Below, one piece after another: positions 18,667-27,221 of a stretch of 36,797 bases of DNA. Each line of letters opens with the position of its first letter. The first letter of the stretch is position 1. Location: the IMG/VR virus record IMGVR_UViG_3300012987_000004, positions 1 to 36,797 of that record. One strand, 5' to 3'. The notes below the pieces were generated by a model. The model was not told the origin of the DNA, made no database searches, and saw only the letters and a list, made by a program, of their open reading frames with translations. The position numbers and the translations under genes are program-made. The stretch is from a virus (Duplodnaviria; Caudoviricetes).

Positions 18667-19444
18667 ACTCACAGATACATTGAAGTGGAATAAGGGGTTC
18701 ATGAGGGGCTTGCCTGGGGCTTACAAGCTGCTTTGGCTTTATCTATGTGATGAATGTAATCATGCCGGTATTTGGGACGTAGACAAGGATATAGCACAAA
18801 TAAAGATCGGTAATGATATGGTAATCGATTGGGAGAAAGCGCTTATTCTTTTACAAACTAAGATTATAGTTATAGACAATGGTCAAAAATGGTTCATCCC
18901 TTCATTTGTAAAATTCCATTACAAGGAACTAAAAGGGACAGATAACGCTACAAAATCTGTTATAACACAGTTAAAAAAGTATAATTTAATAACTGATGAT
19001 TTACAAATATGTTTAAGGGCTGACGAGGGGCTGACGAGGGGCTGCTCAGCCCCCCTATATACTACAATACTATATAATTCTAATTTAGAAAATAATATAG
19101 GCGTTGTATCTGAAAATAAAACGCCGGTAATTCACCTGAATGAAACACTGAAAAGTATCGATGTTTTAATGACGGATGCATTGTCTGACAAAATAAATTT
19201 TGTTGAGCATGTCATGCGCGAAAACAAAATGACTGAATTCCAGATATCAAGTGCGCTTTCTTCTTTCGTTGGCTTCCTGAAATCTGGTGGGGAATTGGTA
19301 AAGACGAGTAAAGACTTCAGGTTTCATTTTCAGAATTGGCTCAAGAAACAAGACAAAACCTTATTCAGGATAAACCCTATGTTCAATGGCAAACCACTCA
19401 CAAACATCCCGAACGCGAAAGACGTTGTCGAAAAGTACAAATGA
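18656..19444 (+). CDS. Replication initiator protein
   Basis: KLLWLYLCDECNHAGIW wHTH-like N-terminus, internal iterons, C-terminal HFQNWL; directly upstream of DnaB. Confidence 0.75.
   Translation: MANRLTDTLKWNKGFMRGLPGAYKLLWLYLCDECNHAGIWDVDKDIAQIKIGNDMVIDWEKALILLQTKIIVIDNGQKWFIPSFVKFHYKELKGTDNATKSVITQLKKYNLITDDLQICLRADEGLTRGCSAPLYTTILYNSNLENNIGVVSENKTPVIHLNETLKSIDVLMTDALSDKINFVEHVMRENKMTEFQISSALSSFVGFLKSGGELVKTSKDFRFHFQNWLKKQDKTLFRINPMFNGKPLTNIPNAKDVVEKYK
19017..19120. repeat. Putative replication origin: 11-bp iterons plus AT-rich tract
   Basis: GGGCTGACGAG x2 plus GGGCTG (19017-19044), inverted CAGCCCC at 19047, then an AT-rich stretch. Confidence 0.7.
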
Positions 19445-20774
19445 TTTGCAACTTGTTCATTTAAAAGAACATATACATTATTCTTATGATCTGGAAGGGG
19501 CAATACTCGGTGCTTGTATGCTTGAAGCGGATGCTTTCCCAAGAATTAGAGGGCTTTTAACACCGGAGTGCTTTTTCAAGAATGCTAATATGATGATATT
19601 CAATATAATATCAGATATGTGGGGGCGTGGATTGGGATTAGATATAATTAGTATTTGTGTTGAAATTCATAGGAAATCAATTGAAATTCAGGGAGTTGAT
19701 AATATTCCTTACTACTTAACTTGCCTTACCAGGGACGTAGTGGGAACTGGTCATCTAGAGCAGCATTGCATTTATCTGCGGGAGTATTACGCAAAACGTG
19801 AATTGCTTATCATCCAAATGGGCGCAGGATCTCAAGACGGAGAGATGGACACGGTTGCAAGAGCGTTAGACGTGCAACGGCGCATACAGGATGTATTGTC
19901 ACTGAAGACGACCGATGACTGGATGGATATAAGCACAGTCATGCATAGGCTTGCAATGCACATGGATAGGGTATCAGGTAAAGACATGATGGGCATCCCG
20001 ACGGGATTTAATACGCTGGATCGTGCCACAGGAGGATGGCAGCCAGGACAGGTGATCATCATTGGCGCCCGACCCTCAGTGGGGAAAACGGCATTGGCGG
20101 TAGAAATTGCAATTGCTGCAGCACGCGCCGGACACGATACCGGGATCATTGAATTAGAAATGCCTGTGGAGCAAATTGGGGGTCGGATGCTATCAAGTTT
20201 TGCACAAATTGAATTTTGGCGTATTTGGAGGTCAAAATTCAATGATCAGGATCAAGTAAGTACATTATACCACTTAATGGGAGATATGGCAAATTTGCCT
20301 ATCCAAATTAGCGATAAAACGAATGTTTCAATATCTGATATCAGGGCAAAGGCAATAAAACTTAAAAAACGTGGAAAATTGAAACTACTTATGATAGATT
20401 ATTTGCAACTGATGGAGGACGATGAAAAATCATTTTCCAGGGAGCAAGCGGTATCAAAAATGAGCCGTGGTTTTAAGTTGTTGGCAATGGAGCTTGGTAT
20501 CCCCATTATAGTGCTGATCCAAATGAACCGTGAGAGCGAAAAAACGGCAGATAAGAGACCAAGAATGAGCAATGCCAGGGAGTCCGGCGCCATAGAACAG
20601 GACGCTGATCTATTTATAATACTCCATAGAGATTGGAAATCAGGTATTTTAACGGACCAATTTGGCAATAGTACCGAACGGCAGGCACAACTTATTCTTG
20701 AAAAGCATCGTAATGGAGAGCCAATAACTTTAGATCTAAACTTTGATCCTGAAACAATGTATTTCTATGAATAA
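19386..20774 (+). CDS. dnaB: Replicative DNA helicase
   Basis: GIPTGF, Walker A GARPSVGKT, IDYLQL, RESGAIEQDAD and KHRNG motifs. Confidence 0.96.
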   Translation: MANHSQTSRTRKTLSKSTNDLQLVHLKEHIHYSYDLEGAILGACMLEADAFPRIRGLLTPECFFKNANMMIFNIISDMWGRGLGLDIISICVEIHRKSIEIQGVDNIPYYLTCLTRDVVGTGHLEQHCIYLREYYAKRELLIIQMGAGSQDGEMDTVARALDVQRRIQDVLSLKTTDDWMDISTVMHRLAMHMDRVSGKDMMGIPTGFNTLDRATGGWQPGQVIIIGARPSVGKTALAVEIAIAAARAGHDTGIIELEMPVEQIGGRMLSSFAQIEFWRIWRSKFNDQDQVSTLYHLMGDMANLPIQISDKTNVSISDIRAKAIKLKKRGKLKLLMIDYLQLMEDDEKSFSREQAVSKMSRGFKLLAMELGIPIIVLIQMNRESEKTADKRPRMSNARESGAIEQDADLFIILHRDWKSGILTDQFGNSTERQAQLILEKHRNGEPITLDLNFDPETMYFYE

Positions 20775-20934
20775 AGCGGAGCTATTGAGATTTAGGAGGC
20801 GTTTTAAGAGATTCAGGAGTAGACCAAAAACGCCTAATTTTCTACCATACATATATGTTATATATGGTAACATTGAAAACTATTTCAAGATAATGAATTT
20901 TAGAAAGAGACTTTACGAAACATTTAAAAAATGA
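20767..20934 (+). CDS. Small basic hypothetical protein
   Basis: ATG 20767 overlaps the end of dnaB. Confidence 0.5.
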   Translation: MNKAELLRFRRRFKRFRSRPKTPNFLPYIYVIYGNIENYFKIMNFRKRLYETFKK

Positions 20935-20937
20935 ATT

Positions 20938-21312
20938 ATGTCAAAAACAAAACACATTTCAGAGGTAATTGAACAGGTATTTCCGGAATTAACAGCTAAT
21001 CAGCTGACAAAAATGGCGATTGAATATTTCAATGCCAGGGGATATAATGTATGGCGCCAAAATCAGGTGCCAGTTCGCGGACGTGGTTTTATAGGCAAAA
21101 AAGGACAATCCGACTTAATAGGTTTTGCCACTCAATTTCATGTTAACCCAGGTGCGTTTTTCGCAGGTGAAGTTAAAAGGCGTGGAGACGTATTATCGGA
21201 TGAACAAAAGGATTTTTTAAGGGAGGTAAATGCTGCTGGTGGATATGGATTCCTGATAGAGGATGACGGGAAGGGATGTATAAAATATAGACTTTATACA
21301 GATAAAAAATGA
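20938..21312 (+). CDS. VRR-NUC-like nuclease / resolvase
   Basis: GQSDLIG...EVKRRGDVLSDEQKDFL...GG motif. Confidence 0.85.
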   Translation: MSKTKHISEVIEQVFPELTANQLTKMAIEYFNARGYNVWRQNQVPVRGRGFIGKKGQSDLIGFATQFHVNPGAFFAGEVKRRGDVLSDEQKDFLREVNAAGGYGFLIEDDGKGCIKYRLYTDKK

Positions 21313-21557
21313 ATTGTAAAACCTCATATTGCTTCTACTCGAAATATAGATATGCCAGTGATGGTACCTTAAAGTCTACTTCATGCGTTCCGCTGTTTTG
21401 TGACCCTAAAGTGATTACAATTAAGGTGTCTAAGAAATGGGCGGAATCACAAACGCCACGATTCACGAAAGATCCCGAATTCTGTAAATGGGCAAAGAAG
21501 CAATTGGTTAAACTACATCTTGAATCAGACACTGAAATATTAAAACAAAACACATGA
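21309..21557 (+). CDS. Hypothetical protein
   Basis: ATGA overlaps at both ends. Confidence 0.6.
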   Translation: MNCKTSYCFYSKYRYASDGTLKSTSCVPLFCDPKVITIKVSKKWAESQTPRFTKDPEFCKWAKKQLVKLHLESDTEILKQNT

Positions 21558-21973
21558 TCACCGCTACAGAGTTAAAAACGCTGATTGCAGAATGTGAGGA
21601 AAATGCAAGTATCCATATTTCTGCAATGGAATTGGCAAAAACAACCAAGAATAAGCCGAACGCCTTGCGAGAGAAAAAGAAAGCGCAAGGATGGAGGGAC
21701 AGGCAGGAGCTTTATAATTTTTGCATACAGGCTATTGAGACTATGACACCTGAAAACATGGAACGACAGCGCCGGGAGTTAATGGTGAAAATTAGCACAG
21801 CAGAGAAAAGATCGTATGATCTTCTTTGGGCCAATAGAGCTGCTGCCGGGATGAAGAAAGAACCGGACTTAAAAGATGCAGGCATTAAAAAGGCTTATGA
21901 TAAGCTATTAAAGGCATACGATATCGCCGATTGGAAAAGACAATTGAAAATTCTAAACATAATACTGAAATAA
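21554..21973 (+). CDS. Helical hypothetical protein
   Basis: 139 aa ORF with ATGA coupling. Confidence 0.7.
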   Translation: MITATELKTLIAECEENASIHISAMELAKTTKNKPNALREKKKAQGWRDRQELYNFCIQAIETMTPENMERQRRELMVKISTAEKRSYDLLWANRAAAGMKKEPDLKDAGIKKAYDKLLKAYDIADWKRQLKILNIILK

Positions 21974-21974
21974 A

Positions 21975-22006
21975 TTTGCTGGTATCAAATGTTCTACCTA
22001 TCTTTG
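21975..22006 (+). promoter_or_regulatory. Conserved phage promoter motif, copy 3 (variant), heading the ncRNA island
   Basis: tttgct-ggtatcaaatgttctacc-tatctttg. Confidence 0.65.
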
Positions 22007-22066
22007 AATTGATAAACGGATGTTGTGGAACATACTTGAGATTCTTTAATAGGTATAGGGAAAAAC

Positions 22067-22112
22067 AAAGAGGGTATTTACCCTCTTTATAACTTTGAAA
22101 GTTCATTGAAAT
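22067..22112 (+). promoter_or_regulatory. Hairpin, then -7-like box, then boxA-like element
   Basis: aaagagggt-attt-accctcttt; TAACTTTG at 22090-22097; AAAGTTCATTGAAAT. Confidence 0.45.
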
Positions 22113-22125
22113 CATTATAAATTAT

Positions 22126-22242
22126 TATCCAGTGCCGTAGAATTGTGTTGCTTCAGCTTTATTGTACACAATCGCTTGTTGCCTGGGTATATTATTACGG
22201 TGTACGCGTAGGCTTTACAGCAGAGTGAGCCTGATCACAAGC
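22126..22242 (+). ncRNA. Putative pseudoknotted structured RNA
   Basis: Helices 22134-40/22195-201, 22142-48/22166-72, 22174-79/22237-42 (crossing the first) and 22210-15/22227-32. Confidence 0.4.
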
Positions 22243-22296
22243 AAAAACAATAACGTTGAGTTAATGTATTGGATTTTAGGTACGTGTTAGCTAGTC

Positions 22297-22329
22297 AAGC
22301 AAACCGGGTGTACCCCCCGGTTTGCTTTT
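22297..22329 (+). terminator. Strong hairpin / terminator
   Basis: aagcaaaccggg...cccggtttgctt followed by tt. Confidence 0.7.
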
Positions 22330-22330
22330 A

Positions 22331-22521
22331 ATAAGATTTTGTTTTGGTTTTTCATAGGATATGATGAAATAAATGTCCCAGGTATAAACTTGGGACTCAT
22401 CTTTAAGGAACCGGCATAAGCCGTTTATTATATGGATTGATTAAATAGGATATGTTTTACATTGAAAGGGTGTAATTCGTTCATATTACTTGATTTGATG
22501 GACAGTCGGGAATAGACCGAC
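22331..22521 (+). ncRNA. Putative small RNAs: U/G-rich, CAT-containing single strands each followed by a hairpin
   Basis: ttttggtttttCATaggatat...gtcccaggt-ataa-acttgggac; ttcgttCATattac...gtcgg-gaataga-ccgac; no credible ORF. Confidence 0.4.
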
Positions 22522-22525
22522 AAAT

Positions 22526-22596
22526 TGGCTTATAGTTTAATGGAAAAACGCTTGGCTCATACCCAGGAAATGCAGGTTCGAATCCTGAAACGCTCA
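22526..22596 (+). tRNA. tRNA-Met(CAT)-like element with a poorly paired acceptor stem (pseudo-tRNA)
   Basis: D arm gttt/aaac, anticodon arm cttgg-ctCATac-ccagg, T arm cagg-ttcgaat-cctg; acceptor tggctta/aacgctc largely mismatched. Confidence 0.6.
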
Positions 22597-22695
22597 CGGC
22601 GGTAGATGTTGTTCTGCTTGTTTACGGCCCGCACAAAGTCGTTAAAAAAGCACGCATATACGTGGAATAAGGATTCAGCCTATATTGCGTTAAGT

Positions 22696-22783
22696 TGTGT
22701 GTTGGTAGAGTGGCCGAACATAGTAACACTACCGGATTTCATTCGGATAAGAACAGACGCGGGTTCGAATCCCGCACACACAA
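22696..22783 (+). tRNA. tRNA-like element with a non-canonical anticodon region
   Basis: Perfect acceptor tgtgtgt/acacaca and T arm gcggg-ttcgaat-cccgc; D-loop AGTGG; the middle forms two short hairpins rather than one standard anticodon arm. Confidence 0.6.
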
Positions 22784-22801
22784 CAATTTTAATTTAAGTA
22801 T

Positions 22802-23107
22802 ATGAAACTATTAATTTTTACTATTTTATCATTTTTCTTTAATCCAGCAAAAGAACCAGTGGCATCAATACCAGCTGGAACAATAGTAATATTGCAGGAC
22901 TATTCTGGATACAACTTTTACCCGCAGCAATGGGAAAGTTCGTTTCAATCAGTTGTAGGTTTACGCGTGAAAAGCACTGGAACTGACGTAATACAGGATG
23001 TATTTACAGGGGAATTATTTTATAGAATGTCATTTACAGATCGTTTTGGAAATGTATTACCAGTTGTGTACTGGCCAGCTAATAAGGTTAATATTGTATT
23101 TAATTGA
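22802..23107 (+). CDS. Small protein with a hydrophobic (signal-like) N-terminus, between tRNA-like elements
   Basis: MKLLIFTILSFFF..., 101 aa. Confidence 0.7.
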   Translation: MKLLIFTILSFFFNPAKEPVASIPAGTIVILQDYSGYNFYPQQWESSFQSVVGLRVKSTGTDVIQDVFTGELFYRMSFTDRFGNVLPVVYWPANKVNIVFN

Positions 23108-23113
23108 AATGAT

Positions 23114-23197
23114 GGATTATTGGCCGAGTGGTTTAAGGCGGATCATATTTGAATCGTGGGGTAATGCTCACCGCTGGTTCGAATCCAGCATAATCTA
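23114..23197 (+). tRNA. Class II (Ser/Leu/Tyr-type) tRNA-like element with a shortened, aberrant anticodon arm
   Basis: Acceptor ggattat/ataatct, D arm gcc-gagtggtttaa-ggc, variable arm gtggg/ctcac, T arm gctgg-ttcgaat-ccagc; anticodon arm gatcatatttgaatc is only 15 nt. Confidence 0.65.
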
Positions 23198-23227
23198 CTT
23201 TTGGGGTTAACAAACAATGGATGAAAA

Positions 23228-23255
23228 TAGCCTGCTCGTCTCTACGGGTGGGCTA
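23228..23255 (+). terminator. Hairpin closing the ncRNA island
   Basis: tagcctgctcgt-ctct-acgggtgggcta. Confidence 0.6.
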
Positions 23256-23295
23256 CTTCATTTAAATTAATTACATTTACTTAAAATATAATATT

Positions 23296-23529
23296 ATGGC
23301 ACAACCATACATGGATGAATGGGCATCATCAAATCAGAAAAAGCATGAATCAAATGATTATGCCAGCGAGAAGAGAAATTTCTATAACATATTTGAAAGT
23401 GCTGAAAAGCATGCTGAAAAGTCTGAGCGGATTGCATTGAAGCTGGAAATAATGAAAATGGCTCTTGAATGTACGGACCCTGTCAAGGATGCGGAGGCGA
23501 TGTATCAATGGATAACTAAACCGGAATAA
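23296..23529 (+). CDS. Hypothetical protein
   Basis: 77 aa, ends immediately before terS. Confidence 0.65.
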   Translation: MAQPYMDEWASSNQKKHESNDYASEKRNFYNIFESAEKHAEKSERIALKLEIMKMALECTDPVKDAEAMYQWITKPE

Positions 23530-23530
23530 C

Positions 23531-24070
23531 ATGGCAGGAGAAACCATAGGAGGCGATTTTTGGAGACATATCAAGGTGGGACGACCTGTGTTGTATACGG
23601 AAGACGATCATGCGAAATTATGGCAGGAATTCCAGGATTATTGCCAATACTGCAAAGACAATCCAATAGAAATTGAGGATTGGGTTGGCAAAGATGCTGT
23701 GTATATCATCAGGAAAAAGCCACTTCCAATGACGATGCAAGGCTTTTGTTTGTTTATAGGGGCCTCATATGCTTGGTGGAAGAAATTCAGAAATCAGCAG
23801 CATTGTCCAGAATTTGTAGCCGTCTTACACGCGATAGAGGACGGTATATCGAATCAGCAAATTTCAGGAGCAGCTGCAGGATTGTATCAACAGAATATTG
23901 TGGCCAGGATTAACGGGCTTGTTGATCGGAAAGAGGTGGAAAATTCCGGAAGCGTTACTGTAAAGAAAGATGTGATTGATTACTCAAAACTAAGCGATGA
24001 AGCTCTACGAGAGATTGCAGCAGCGTCAAATTCAGATAATGCCGGAGAGGGCGAAAGCGGAGCTGTGTAA
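23531..24070 (+). CDS. terS: Terminase small subunit (P22 gp3-like)
   Basis: GRPVLY, PMTMQGFCLFIG, GAAAGLYQQNIVARINGL and DYSKLSDEAL motifs; precedes terL. Confidence 0.88.
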   Translation: MAGETIGGDFWRHIKVGRPVLYTEDDHAKLWQEFQDYCQYCKDNPIEIEDWVGKDAVYIIRKKPLPMTMQGFCLFIGASYAWWKKFRNQQHCPEFVAVLHAIEDGISNQQISGAAAGLYQQNIVARINGLVDRKEVENSGSVTVKKDVIDYSKLSDEALREIAAASNSDNAGEGESGAV

Positions 24071-25442
24071 GCGATATTTAAAGGAGTTCTTTAAAGAGTT
24101 TTGGGAAGTAATAGAAGCTGGGGAATTAATACCAAATTGGCATATAGATAAAATATGTGATCACATACAAGCCGCTATTGAGACATGGGAGCGTGGGGAA
24201 TCACAGGATGATATTCTGATAAATGTGCCCCCGGGAACGAGTAAAAGTACGCTGGTTACGCAAATACTCAATGCTTGGATATGGACACGCACGCCATCTG
24301 CCAGGATTATCAGTAGTTCGTATTCTCATGATCTGTCTACTGCACATGCAGTAAAAACAAGAGATATCATACTATCAGAGAAGTACCAGCGCTATTACCC
24401 AGGATTCATTACAATGAAGAAGGATCAGGCCGGGAAAACACACTTTAAAAACACAAAACATGGAGAAAGATTCACTACCTCGACTGGGGGAAGAGTTACG
24501 GGAATGCATGGTGATATTATCATCATTGATGACCCAATAGACCCTCAGAGTGCTGATGTACATGACGGTAAGGCCCTTGAAAACGCTTCTCGTTTTGTTA
24601 GCCGCACGCTATCTTCCAGGAAGACGAACAAGAAAAGGTCACTGACTATCATGGTAATGCAACGGCTACATGAGAAAGACCCAGCCGGCATATGGTTAAA
24701 AAAGAAGAAGCGCCTTAATCACATTTGTTTGCCTGGGAAGATTACGCCTAAAACAGTTGTTTCTCCAGTAGATTGGGTGCAATATTACATCGATGGTCTA
24801 TTAGATGTTAATAGGCTTGACCAGGACGCATTAGATAAAATGAATGAGGACCTGGGTTCATATGGCTACGCGAATCAGGTACTTCAACTTACTGCCCCAG
24901 AAGATGGCGGCATCTGGAAGAAATGGTTAAAGCCAATCCCGCGCAATCAAATGCCCGAGCGCTCTTCTATGACAGATTGTGGATCTGATTGGGACACAGC
25001 CTATACGGAAGATCAGAAAAACGATGCATCTGCATATGTATCAAGCGGGAAAGTAGGAAACAACCAATATATTTACGATTTGGGATTCAAAAAGCTGGAA
25101 TTTCCCGAGCTTATTCATTACATGTCATTGAGAGAGGGGCCACATCATATTGAGGCTAAGGCAAGTGGAAAGAGCGCGAAACAGGCATTAAAATCAATGG
25201 GCATAGTAGCGCTTGAGGTACAGGTAGTAGGAGGTGATAAAACAGCCAGGACGAAGTTAGTAACGCCCAGGGCCGAGGCTGGGTTTATTTATATTGCTGA
25301 GGACCTATTAGAGACATTGTATAACCACGAAGAACAGGGTATCCTTAAATTCCCCAATGGAGCACATGATGATCTGAATGATGCCCTGGTACAATCAATT
25401 AATAGACATTATAAAAAGTCGCCACGTGTATGGGCTGGCTAA
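23997..25442 (+). CDS. terL: Terminase large subunit
   Basis: PNWH, Walker A NVPPGTSKST, Walker B IIIIDDP, MQRLHEKD, and nuclease motifs WDTA and HDDLNDA. Confidence 0.95.
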   Translation: MKLYERLQQRQIQIMPERAKAELCKRYLKEFFKEFWEVIEAGELIPNWHIDKICDHIQAAIETWERGESQDDILINVPPGTSKSTLVTQILNAWIWTRTPSARIISSSYSHDLSTAHAVKTRDIILSEKYQRYYPGFITMKKDQAGKTHFKNTKHGERFTTSTGGRVTGMHGDIIIIDDPIDPQSADVHDGKALENASRFVSRTLSSRKTNKKRSLTIMVMQRLHEKDPAGIWLKKKKRLNHICLPGKITPKTVVSPVDWVQYYIDGLLDVNRLDQDALDKMNEDLGSYGYANQVLQLTAPEDGGIWKKWLKPIPRNQMPERSSMTDCGSDWDTAYTEDQKNDASAYVSSGKVGNNQYIYDLGFKKLEFPELIHYMSLREGPHHIEAKASGKSAKQALKSMGIVALEVQVVGGDKTARTKLVTPRAEAGFIYIAEDLLETLYNHEEQGILKFPNGAHDDLNDALVQSINRHYKKSPRVWAG

Positions 25443-25472
25443 AAGTATTATATTTGGCTTATATATTATAAT

Positions 25473-26942
25473 ATGGCAAACTTTTTTCAGCGTTTTTTTG
25501 GTGGCAAGCCGGCAGTCATACAAAGCGTAAAGGCTGCTCCTGGTGGTCCCGGTTTCAGGTTTATTGGTGGCGGATTGGTCCCATATGATACCCGGAAACT
25601 CACATTCATAGATAAAGGATATGCAGCCAATGACATGCTTTTCAGCGTGATCAAGCTCATAACGAAGAAGGCGCGACAGGCCCCAATGGCTCTTTATGCC
25701 ATTCAGGATGAAAGGAAGTTCTTCGAGTATACAAAAATGATCGGAGCATTGGGAGAAGGCACCCAACTAAGCGCGAAAGACATGATAAAGTTGAAGGATC
25801 TGAGGCATAAGGCACTAAAGCTGGATACTTCCGATGACTATATGAACGAACGGCTACAAAATCCAAACGACACCAATCAGACAATGGCCGACCTTAACGA
25901 GGCCCTATTTGCATTTAAGCTAGTTACCGGGGATTATTATGAGGCCGGATGGTCTCCGCTTACCGGGGGCTTCAATAGGGGGAAGCCTTCACAATTCTAT
26001 GAACTGCCTTCCCAGTATATGTCAATTGTCTCTACCAGGACGTTACCGCTTATTGAACAAAGCTATGAATTGATGCTTGGCGGCCGGCAGACTTTTGATG
26101 CTGATGACGTGTTGCATGAAAAATATGTAAATCTGCAATGGGATACAGCCGGCAACCAACTTTATGGTATGTCGCCCATACAGGCCGCATTAGCCAGATT
26201 GCAAGCGTCCAATGAGGGCATTAAGCGCCAGGGGAAGGCTATGAAGAATGCCGGTGCCGATGTAGCCGTCTACCAAGATGATCCGGAGACTACCCGACAG
26301 TTCCCGGATTACTCCATTGAGCAAATGGGGGCTTCAAAAGAACGATGGGAAGCGGAACAGTGGGGAAGTGAGAATGCAGGTAAGGCTATTTGGTCACCTA
26401 CTAAATTGGGCGTAGCTCGTCTCGGCCTTTCGCCAGTTGATCTGGCGCAATTACCGGCAGAATTGGCCAATCTGCGCTGGTTTTGTAATCTTTATGATGT
26501 GCCAAGCCAATTGATGAATGATCCAGAGAACAAGATTTATTCGAATCAGGTGGAAGGACAAAAGGCGCTTCTGTACAATGCAGTACTTCCGTTGCTCATT
26601 TCCAGGCAGCAGAATTTCAATAAGAAGCTCCGACGTATGGACGCGTACCGGGGCACTAACAAAGTAGTAGAGTTCGATATATCCATTTATAAGGAACTGG
26701 AATCAAATAAACAGGAGCTTGTAGGATGGCTGAAAGACTCCCGTTTTAACATGGAAACGTTCTATAAATACATGGATCAGGAAATTCCTGCTGACATGCC
26801 GGAAGAGGTTCGTAAGGCCATTCTAATACCAACAGGATATCAGTTGATTGATGACCTATTCATGTCACAGCAGGATCAGGGAGCGTTAACCCAGCAATTG
26901 AATAATTCAGGCGATAACCCATATAATTTACCAGTTTCTTGA
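25473..26942 (+). CDS. HK97-type portal protein; ends LPVS
   Basis: LQNPN, LYGMSPIQAA, NAGK and YDVPSQLM motifs; follows terL. Confidence 0.93.
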   Translation: MANFFQRFFGGKPAVIQSVKAAPGGPGFRFIGGGLVPYDTRKLTFIDKGYAANDMLFSVIKLITKKARQAPMALYAIQDERKFFEYTKMIGALGEGTQLSAKDMIKLKDLRHKALKLDTSDDYMNERLQNPNDTNQTMADLNEALFAFKLVTGDYYEAGWSPLTGGFNRGKPSQFYELPSQYMSIVSTRTLPLIEQSYELMLGGRQTFDADDVLHEKYVNLQWDTAGNQLYGMSPIQAALARLQASNEGIKRQGKAMKNAGADVAVYQDDPETTRQFPDYSIEQMGASKERWEAEQWGSENAGKAIWSPTKLGVARLGLSPVDLAQLPAELANLRWFCNLYDVPSQLMNDPENKIYSNQVEGQKALLYNAVLPLLISRQQNFNKKLRRMDAYRGTNKVVEFDISIYKELESNKQELVGWLKDSRFNMETFYKYMDQEIPADMPEEVRKAILIPTGYQLIDDLFMSQQDQGALTQQLNNSGDNPYNLPVS

Positions 26943-26969
26943 TTGGTATCATATTTGTCTGTATATTTG
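26939..26969 (+). promoter_or_regulatory. Conserved phage promoter motif, copy 4 (overlaps the portal stop codon)
   Basis: ttgatt-ggtatcatatttgtctgtatatttg. Confidence 0.75.
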
Positions 26970-26983
26970 GGCTAAAAGATACT

Positions 26984-27211
26984 ATGAAAGTAAAGGCATT
27001 TTATCGGCCCGGTATTGGATATTTATTATATTACCCCGATGGGCGTCCGTTAGATGTTCCTAATATGGGGCCGATAAATATTTCAGAGGAAGTAATTGAC
27101 GCAATATCCAAGTGCGGTAAAACCAGGTTTGCAGGAGAAGTAATAGCTTCTATTTCTTTCCCGATTGAAATAGTAAATGTAGATCCTGACATTAATCTTA
27201 AAAACTTATAA
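26984..27211 (+). CDS. Hypothetical protein
   Basis: ATG 26984 just after the promoter motif. Confidence 0.65.
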   Translation: MKVKAFYRPGIGYLLYYPDGRPLDVPNMGPINISEEVIDAISKCGKTRFAGEVIASISFPIEIVNVDPDINLKNL

Positions 27212-27221
27212 AACGCACTAT

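Noticed and set aside
22597-22695. Theta/HDV ribozyme directly 3' of the tRNA-Met-like element
   Set aside because: I could not build P1/P2/P3 with the conserved core; only a weak acgca..tgcgt hairpin is visible. A descriptor search is needed to exclude it fully.
22731-22746. TCA in a hairpin loop read as an opal suppressor or Sec anticodon, implying stop-codon recoding
   Set aside because: The loop geometry is not a canonical anticodon arm, and genes translate intact in the standard code with TGA used as a normal stop.
22606-22797. 63 aa ORF here, and likewise 22998..23210
   Set aside because: They overlap tRNA-like elements and have no protein-like features.
21975-23260. CRISPR array or mini-array in the non-coding island
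   Set aside because: There are no identical repeats with regular spacers, and no cas genes.
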